From: an uncultured Gammaproteobacteria bacterium
GTDB lineage: Bacteria > Patescibacteriota > Patescibacteriia > Patescibacteriales > Patescibacteriaceae
NCBI GenBank assembly: GCA_964479555.1
Contig: CAYZML010000001.1
Coordinates: 1-34,963 of the forward strand
Direction: 5' to 3'
Length of the DNA stretch: 34,963 nt
Under the pieces are notes generated by a model. It was not told the origin of the DNA. It saw only the letters and a program-made list of their open reading frames with translations, and did not search any database. Positions 28,557 to 34,963 of the stretch are shown one piece after another. Made by a program: the position numbers and the translations under genes. Positions within the stretch are counted from its first letter, which is position 1. Each line of letters begins with the position of its first letter.

Positions 28557-29468
28557 TTAAGTTTTTCGTAAAGCGGCAATTCTCTCTTCAACTGGTGGAT
28601 GAGTCATAAACATTCTTGTCCAAAAACTAACCTTCTGTCCGGCATCTTCTTTAAAGGGAGAGGAAAAATATAAGTGCGCGGTCGCACGATTAGCGGCCTC
28701 AAGTGGCTCATGGTCACGAGCAATTTTTTCCAGAGCTCGAGCTAGGCCTTCGGGGTAGCGTGTTAGCAGAGCGCCATCAGCGTCAGCTAAAAATTCTCGT
28801 CGACGCGAGATAGCAAGTTGTAAAAGATTGGCAAATAACGGTGCTAGTAAAGCTAATACTAAAGCCGCGACAGTAATAATTAATTGTAGTTGAACTGGTT
28901 GATCATTATCACTACTTCGACGTCGACCGCCAAAAACACTAAAACGCATAAACCAATCAGCGAGTAAAACAACCACGCCGACCATAACTGTTGCGATAGT
29001 GGCAACAAGAATGTCACGATTACCAATATGCGATAACTCATGGGCGATAACGCCTTCTAATTCAACTTTTTCTAGCTTAGTTAGTAAACCAGTAGTAACA
29101 ACAATCACTGCGTGTTCAGGGTCGCGACCGGTGGCAAAAGCGTTTGGCGCCGTGTCGTCAATTATATAAATTTTTGGTACTGGTAAACCAGCCGTAATAC
29201 AAAGATTTTCCACCAAACGATATAATTCTTTGTTGTCCTCAAATGTAACCAGGTGGGCGCTACTCATGGCTAAAACAATCTTGTCGCTAAACCAATAACT
29301 AATAAAACTTGAAATAATACTAAAAGCAACAGCAATATATAAGATAGAAGGCTCACCCATTGCCTGACTAAAAATCCAACCAATAATAATCACGATAGTA
29401 AAAAAACCTGACATTAAAAACCATGTCTTGCGCTGATTGGAGTCTACATGAGTATATAAAGAAGGCAT
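28557..29468 (-). CDS. htpX: M48 zinc metalloprotease HtpX
   Basis: PNAFATG, AHELSH (HExxH), SRRREFLAD, THPP. Confidence 0.95.
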   Translation of the reverse strand: MPSLYTHVDSNQRKTWFLMSGFFTIVIIIGWIFSQAMGEPSILYIAVAFSIISSFISYWFSDKIVLAMSSAHLVTFEDNKELYRLVENLCITAGLPVPKIYIIDDTAPNAFATGRDPEHAVIVVTTGLLTKLEKVELEGVIAHELSHIGNRDILVATIATVMVGVVVLLADWFMRFSVFGGRRRSSDNDQPVQLQLIITVAALVLALLAPLFANLLQLAISRRREFLADADGALLTRYPEGLARALEKIARDHEPLEAANRATAHLYFSSPFKEDAGQKVSFWTRMFMTHPPVEERIAALRKT

Positions 29469-29477
29469 AGTATTATG

Positions 29478-30635
29478 TTATGCGGCCGATTTAACAGCTG
29501 AATTTTCTAAACTATTTTCTAAAACTTGTTTTATAGATAAGCTGGTTTCTGTAATTAAATTTCTAAATTTTTTGCTAAGGTTAGTATACTTCAAGATTAA
29601 ACGTGATTTTAGTTTACTATCATCAATGTCATTATTATCTATGTGATACTCTTTAATAATACAATTAACATCTTTTTCAAATTTTTGCCAAATATGTTCT
29701 AAAACGACTTGATATGACCTTTTAATTTTAAGATTCTCAAAGCTTGAAAATAAAGCTGTACCTAACAACTGCGCTTCTGAAAGCAAACGATATACAGTCG
29801 CATCCCTAACTTCAAGACTTCTAATCTCTAACCGTTGCCATTTTCCAATCTCATTACTAAAACTTAACTTCTGCTCAAAATTATCAGGGGTCTCAGCTAA
29901 TTGAAGCTTGAATCTAGACGTATCTATTCTTTTTTTTAAACGTTCAGGAGAAGAAAATGCATAAGTTAGAGCATTGACTAATACATCGGCAGATTTTTTA
30001 AATTTCGTTTTATTCTCCTTATTTATAAGATGAGCCGGGAAACCTAAATTAATGTGCAAAGGGAAATCACCTTCCCCACGAATTTTTTTCTTGCCGTTCT
30101 TATCGACTGTTTCAATGAAACCACCACGAATTAATTCATGTACCAACATACTCTGGGATTTAGCACTAAATGAATATTGCGGAGCAAATTCATAACGAAT
30201 ATCTTTACCAGCTGGAATGCCTAAATCCTCAGTAGCATAAAATAAATCATAGTCTTCAACGGTAAATTCTTTAAATGTATCAGGAATTTCAATCTCTATA
30301 CCAATAGGAGGCAAAACTTTTCCCCGTTCAGCACTTTTCTCATGATCAATAAAAACCTTGAATCTTTCAATACCATCTTGAATCTCCTTGTTATACCCAT
30401 TATCTGGATCTTGACCTTTACGCTCTATAATATTGTTAAAAAAATAAAGGCGTAAGGCGGGCTTTAATTTATTAGGTATATCATCTAGCTGAGCAACAAG
30501 ATCATTTGCTTTTTGAATAGCATTCTTTAAAATATCTCTTTGCTTATATACCGGCTCATCTTTAAGGCTGGAAAATTTTTGATTTTCCTTAGTAGTTACA
30601 TTGTCTGAATTTTGTAATACTTCAAAACTGCTCAT
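29478..30635 (-). CDS. Hypothetical protein, possible amidoligase (glutamine synthetase/GCS fold)
   Basis: 385-aa ORF; spaced motifs IGIEIE, YEF, LHINLG, LEIR; more AT-rich than its flanks by eye. Confidence 0.6.
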   Translation of the reverse strand: MSSFEVLQNSDNVTTKENQKFSSLKDEPVYKQRDILKNAIQKANDLVAQLDDIPNKLKPALRLYFFNNIIERKGQDPDNGYNKEIQDGIERFKVFIDHEKSAERGKVLPPIGIEIEIPDTFKEFTVEDYDLFYATEDLGIPAGKDIRYEFAPQYSFSAKSQSMLVHELIRGGFIETVDKNGKKKIRGEGDFPLHINLGFPAHLINKENKTKFKKSADVLVNALTYAFSSPERLKKRIDTSRFKLQLAETPDNFEQKLSFSNEIGKWQRLEIRSLEVRDATVYRLLSEAQLLGTALFSSFENLKIKRSYQVVLEHIWQKFEKDVNCIIKEYHIDNNDIDDSKLKSRLILKYTNLSKKFRNLITETSLSIKQVLENSLENSAVKSAA

Positions 30636-30647
30636 TCTATATTTTTA

Positions 30648-31205
30648 TTAGAATTCAACTTTTACATTCTCTTTTTCTCCTTCAACGGCTTCAAAAAATT
30701 CTCGATTTTTAAAACCAAGCATAGTGGCAATCATATTGGTCGGGAAAACTTCAAGCTTAGTATTAAAGTCACGAACGTTGGTGTTATAAAATCGACGACT
30801 GGCTTGAATTTTATTTTCAGTATCAGACAATTCTCGTTGTAATTCCAAAAAATTCGTATTAGCTTTTAAGTCTGGATAAGCTTCTGATAAAGCAAAAATT
30901 GACTTTAAGGTTGAAGACAGCATATTTTCCGCTTTCTCAAGTTCAGCCGGGTTACCGCTTGACTGAACCTGCATAGCGGTATTACGTGCTTGAATTACTC
31001 GATCAAGGGTTTCTTTTTCATGGGTCGCATAACCTTTAACTGTTTCAACCAAGTTAGGAATAAGATCATACCGACGCTTAAGCTGGACATCAATGTCAGC
31101 CCAAGCTTCATCAACTCGATTTTTTAGTCTGATTAAACTGTTATATAAACCAATAATAATCAAACCTAAAAGAACAATAATACCTAAAATAATCCATGTA
31201 ATCAT
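30648..31205 (-). CDS. lemA: LemA family protein
   Basis: YNSL...AWADIDVQLKRRYDLIPNLV, EAYPDLKA, SRRFYN, FPTN. Confidence 0.96.
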   Translation of the reverse strand: MITWIILGIIVLLGLIIIGLYNSLIRLKNRVDEAWADIDVQLKRRYDLIPNLVETVKGYATHEKETLDRVIQARNTAMQVQSSGNPAELEKAENMLSSTLKSIFALSEAYPDLKANTNFLELQRELSDTENKIQASRRFYNTNVRDFNTKLEVFPTNMIATMLGFKNREFFEAVEGEKENVKVEF

Positions 31206-31228
31206 ATAATTTTAATTAATAATTGTTA

Positions 31229-31287
31229 TTTATTAGCCTATTGGTTATTAGTAAATTTGATTCCCCAACAACCAATATACCGATAAA
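31229..31287 (-). other. Long G-U-containing stem-loop directly after the ileS stop
   Basis: Minus strand UAUUGGUUGUUGG-loop-CUAAUAACCAAUA, extended by UUUAUCGG/CUAAUAAA. Confidence 0.5.
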
Positions 31288-34254
31288 CTACATTTTCTTA
31301 ATAGTTATATATAGCAAAGCTTCTTCAACCGTATATTCAAAAGCCTCACTTTCCTTATTATTCTCTATTTCTGAGCTTAACGTATCACGTTTTAAATCAT
31401 TAGCCAAGTCGGTAAAAATCGCCTTAATAATCGGATCTTCCGACCACCATACAAGCTTAATTCGATCCTCAATGGTCATAGTGGCCTGTTTACGTAGCTG
31501 GTTAACTAACCGAACAATCTCTCGCTTCATACCTTCTTTTCTTAGCTCAGGAGTAATTTCTGTATCAAGCTCAACTTTTACCCCACCAATTTCCTCACCG
31601 GAAACTTCTGCTTGTACTATTTCTTTAATATTTAACTCATCAGCAATAATGTTCTCGTAATCTTTTTCAAGTTTTTTTCTGTTAGCGGCAACTTCGTAAC
31701 GCAAAGTGGCTAATGGCTGACGGATTTTTATTTTTGCTTGATCTCTCTTAAAAGCACCAACTTGAACAATTTGTCGGACAGTGTCCATTTTTTCTAAAAC
31801 CTCAAGCGATGAATCAACCTGAATATTCTTTGTCTCCGACCACATTTCAAGATGAACACTCTTAGTATCATCTTTAAAATTATAGGTAGCCACCTTCTGC
31901 CATAACGCTTCAGCGGTAAAAGGCATAAACGGTGCCATTACTTTAGTTAATTCTATAAGAACATATTTAGTAGTGCTTAATGCAAATAACTTATCATCAC
32001 CTTCTTCCTTAAAACGATCACGCGATCGACGTAAATACCAAGTAGACAAATCATCAATAAATTCAGTAATCGGACGCATGGCTTTTGGTAAATTATAATC
32101 ACTCATCGCCTTATGTACGGCTTGTATTAACTGATAAAGTCGCGCAATAATCCATTGATCTAAAATATTATGAGAATTATTGCTGGCTGTTTCCGCCCCA
32201 CGGTACATTTCATAAAAAGCATAGACGTTCCAAAGAATCATAATATTTTTGCGCATGGCTTCCTGAACCCCTTTTTCAGAAAAATTCATATTCTCCGCTT
32301 GCATCACCGGGGCTGATAATAAAAAGGCGCGCAAAGCATCAGCGCCATAATTATCCATTAATATGTTCGGATCAGGGTAGTTTTGTAAACGCTTACTCAT
32401 TTTTTTTCCATCTTCACCTAAAACTGTTCCATTCACCGCCACATACTCAAAAGCCGCCTTGTTAAATAATGAAGTTGCTAAAACATGAAGATAATAAAAC
32501 CAGGTTCGTGTTTGATCAATCCCTTCCGCGATAAACTGAGCAGGGAAATTCTCCTCAAATTTTTCCTTAGCCTCAAACGGATAATGTACCTGCGCATACG
32601 GCATTGAGCCACTGTCAAACCAAGTATCTAAAACATCTGGCACTCGCTTCATAGACCCACCGCATGAACACGCAAAAACTACTTCATCAACAATATGTTT
32701 ATGAAGATCAGTTAATGTTACTCCGCTGATTGCTTCTAATTCTTTAACTGAACCAAAAACTTTTTTTGTTTGACACTCTTCACAACACCAAATTGGAATA
32801 ACCGAGGCCCAGAACCTCTGCCGACTGATTGACCAATCACGTGCGCCTTCTAACCAGTTACCAAATCGCCCTTCTTTTATATAGTCAGGTGACCAATTGA
32901 TTGTTTTAGCTGTTTCCAGCGCATTTTCTTTGATTTTTGTTACGGAAACAAACCAAGAAGAAGTGGCGTAATTAATCAATGGCGTATCACAGCGCCAACA
33001 ATGCGGATAGCTATGCGCACATTTTTCTTTACTAAATAATAATCCTTTATCGGCCAAATATTTTATCACGGCGACATCGGTTGATGTCACATCTTCGATT
33101 GGTTTAACGTGTAAACCAGCAAAATCAATTACTTCTTTTTTTATTACTCCATCCATCCCAACATGCTGGATAAAGGGGAGATTTTTCTCCTTACTTAAAT
33201 TCAAATCATCTTCGCCATATCCCGGAGCAATATGAACAATGCCAGTGCCCTCTTCCTCGCTAACAAAACTTCCTGGATATACCTGCCAGCCATTCTCATG
33301 ATTTTTTAATTCAGTGTCCTTAGTATAATAGTTAAAAAGAGGTTTGTATTTTTTATTCAAAAGCTCTATTCCCTTAAATTCTTCGATTATTTGATATTCT
33401 TTACCATTTTTTGCTAAAAGTTCTTCGCATCTTTTTTTAGCTAGAACAAAATAATAAATTTTATTTACTTTTATCTGATCACTAACTGACCCTTCTGATG
33501 TCCATCCTTCTCCAGCAATAGATATCTTGACATACTCAATTTCAGGATTAATCGCTAAGGCAACATTCCCCGGTAATGTCCAGGGAGTAGTTGTCCAAGC
33601 TAATAGATAAGTTTCTGGTTCATCAACTAACTCAAACTTCGCCACGACTGATAAATCTTTGATATCTTTATAACCCTCACTCACTTCAGCTTGCGATAAT
33701 GTAGTTTCACATCTCGGACAAACATACATCGAACGATAACCTTCATAGATTAAATCTTTATCATACAACTGTTTAAATACCCACCAAACAGACTCCATAA
33801 AAGAAAGATCCATTGTCTTGTAATCATGCTCCATATCAACCCATCGCCCGAGTTTTTCCATGGCTATTTTCCATTCCGGTACATAACTTAATACTTTTGA
33901 ACGACAAAGTTCATTAAATTTTTTTACACCCATCTCAACAATCTGCTGTTTATTAGTAATCCCTAATTCTTTTTCCACTAAATTTTCAATTGGTAAGCCA
34001 TGGCAGTCCCAACCCCAGCGTCGTTCCACTCGGTAGCCATTCATAGTCCAAAATCGTGGCACCACATCTTTTATAACACTGGCAACAATATGACCATAAT
34101 GCGGGGTGCCAGTTGCGAACGGTGGGCCATCATAAAAAACGTAATCACCATTTACGGCTGTACGATTTACTGATTGTTCAAAAATTTTAGCGGTTTTCCA
34201 AAATTCACGAACTCGCTCTTCTTCTTCGATGTGTGGTGGTTTCTTTAAGTCCAT
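31288..34254 (-). CDS. ileS: Isoleucine--tRNA ligase, type 2 (archaeal/eukaryote-like)
   Basis: DGPPFATGTPHYGH, GWDCHGLP, WTTTPWTLP, KMSKRLQNY; C-terminal LDTEITPELRKEG..REIVR..NQLRK with no C-terminal Zn finger. Confidence 0.97.
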   Translation of the reverse strand: MDLKKPPHIEEEERVREFWKTAKIFEQSVNRTAVNGDYVFYDGPPFATGTPHYGHIVASVIKDVVPRFWTMNGYRVERRWGWDCHGLPIENLVEKELGITNKQQIVEMGVKKFNELCRSKVLSYVPEWKIAMEKLGRWVDMEHDYKTMDLSFMESVWWVFKQLYDKDLIYEGYRSMYVCPRCETTLSQAEVSEGYKDIKDLSVVAKFELVDEPETYLLAWTTTPWTLPGNVALAINPEIEYVKISIAGEGWTSEGSVSDQIKVNKIYYFVLAKKRCEELLAKNGKEYQIIEEFKGIELLNKKYKPLFNYYTKDTELKNHENGWQVYPGSFVSEEEGTGIVHIAPGYGEDDLNLSKEKNLPFIQHVGMDGVIKKEVIDFAGLHVKPIEDVTSTDVAVIKYLADKGLLFSKEKCAHSYPHCWRCDTPLINYATSSWFVSVTKIKENALETAKTINWSPDYIKEGRFGNWLEGARDWSISRQRFWASVIPIWCCEECQTKKVFGSVKELEAISGVTLTDLHKHIVDEVVFACSCGGSMKRVPDVLDTWFDSGSMPYAQVHYPFEAKEKFEENFPAQFIAEGIDQTRTWFYYLHVLATSLFNKAAFEYVAVNGTVLGEDGKKMSKRLQNYPDPNILMDNYGADALRAFLLSAPVMQAENMNFSEKGVQEAMRKNIMILWNVYAFYEMYRGAETASNNSHNILDQWIIARLYQLIQAVHKAMSDYNLPKAMRPITEFIDDLSTWYLRRSRDRFKEEGDDKLFALSTTKYVLIELTKVMAPFMPFTAEALWQKVATYNFKDDTKSVHLEMWSETKNIQVDSSLEVLEKMDTVRQIVQVGAFKRDQAKIKIRQPLATLRYEVAANRKKLEKDYENIIADELNIKEIVQAEVSGEEIGGVKVELDTEITPELRKEGMKREIVRLVNQLRKQATMTIEDRIKLVWWSEDPIIKAIFTDLANDLKRDTLSSEIENNKESEAFEYTVEEALLYITIKKM

Positions 34255-34275
34255 AGTTTCATAATAAGTATCCCT

Positions 34276-34303
34276 ATTCTACCTTATATAAGGCTTTTGT
34301 CAA
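34276..34303 (-). promoter_or_regulatory. Sigma70 promoter for the ileS operon
   Basis: TTGACA-16 bp-TAGAAT. Confidence 0.6.
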
Positions 34304-34313
34304 AGGTTTTTTA

Positions 34314-34342
34314 TTGATTTTTAAAGGAAAATATGCTATAAT
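34314..34342 (+). promoter_or_regulatory. Sigma70 promoter for uvrB
   Basis: TTGATT-17 bp-TATAAT with TG extension; the ATG lies only 9 nt past the -10. Confidence 0.7.
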
Positions 34343-34351
34343 TATTAGATT

Positions 34352-34963
34352 ATGTTTACCCTCTCTGCAAACTTTAAACCAGCTGGTGATCAACCCACGG
34401 CAATAAAAAAACTCCTTACCGGTCTTAATAAAAACTATAATCAACAGACTTTACTTGGCGTTACCGGCTCTGGCAAGACTTTTACCATGGCAAATATTAT
34501 TGCCACGACACAAAAACCAACGTTAATTATCTCGCACAATAAAACGTTAGCCGCACAGTTGTACGGCGAATTTAAAGGCTTTTTCCCGGATGCTGCGGTT
34601 CATTATTTTGTTTCCTATTACGACTATTATCAACCTGAGGCCTATATCCCTCACAGTGATACCTATATTGAAAAAGAAGCGACAATTAACGAAGAAATTG
34701 ATCGTTTACGTCATGCCGCCACACAATCATTAATGAACCGTCGTGATGTTTTAATTGTCGCGAGCGTTTCATGTATTTATGGTTTAGGCGAAAAAGTTGA
34801 TTATCTGGCTTTAAGCCAATCATTTTCAACTGGACAAACAATTAAACGCAATGACATCCTACGACGATTAATTAAAATTCAGTACCAACGTAATGACAAA
34901 GAATTACAGCGTGGTCAATTTCGCGTTCGTGGCGATCGAATTGATATTCATCTTGCCACTGGT
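34352..34963 (+). CDS. uvrB: Excinuclease ABC subunit B (5' part; absent from the ORF track)
   Basis: [18 protein letters not shown]...[14 protein letters not shown]...[13 protein letters not shown]...[13 protein letters not shown]. Confidence 0.97.
   Translation, partial: MFTLSANFKPAGDQPTAIKKLLTGLNKNYNQQTLLGVTGSGKTFTMANIIATTQKPTLIISHNKTLAAQLYGEFKGFFPDAAVHYFVSYYDYYQPEAYIPHSDTYIEKEATINEEIDRLRHAATQSLMNRRDVLIVASVSCIYGLGEKVDYLALSQSFSTGQTIKRNDILRRLIKIQYQRNDKELQRGQFRVRGDRIDIHLATG

Noticed and set aside
5850-31660. Short ORFs overlapping real genes (e.g. 5850, 8203, 9736, 13364, 13577, 14486, 17883, 20712, 22778, 27699, 31223)
   Set aside because: They lie mostly or wholly within well-supported genes and have no recognisable domains.
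1-34963. Alternative genetic code (TGA=Gly, as in Gracilibacteria/Absconditabacteria)
   Set aside because: rpoB, rpoC, leuS and ileS are full length under code 11.

Overview
AT-rich bacterial chromosomal window read with genetic code 11. It most resembles a Patescibacteria/CPR (Parcubacteria/ABY1-like) genome; this is inferred from VirB2-like pilin-domain genes, a giant Cys-rich secreted protein, a NUDIX-inserted LeuRS, a short rpoB and a type-2 IleRS. Housekeeping genes are rsmA, leuS, xth, rpoC, rpoB, murE, a femX-like gene, ruvA, htpX, lemA, ileS and the 5' part of uvrB. A >1850-aa Cys-rich surface protein (1..5559, minus strand) runs off the left edge and is absent from the ORF track. The most striking element is a + strand cassette at 10977..17400: dsbA, then four paralogues sharing a TrbC/VirB2-like 'pilin' membrane module, each with a different C-terminal domain (Cys-repeat, M15 Zn-peptidase, 3D lytic-transglycosylase-like, C39-like Cys protease), a small Cys-rich membrane protein, a stand-alone 3D protein and a DUF4258/DUF2283-like toxin-antitoxin pair. 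It looks like a modular, disulfide-dependent set of surface-displayed cell-wall hydrolases. Also noted: an amidoligase-like gene inserted between lemA and htpX, and a long structured rpoBC leader. All family calls come from motif recognition by eye; no searches were run.
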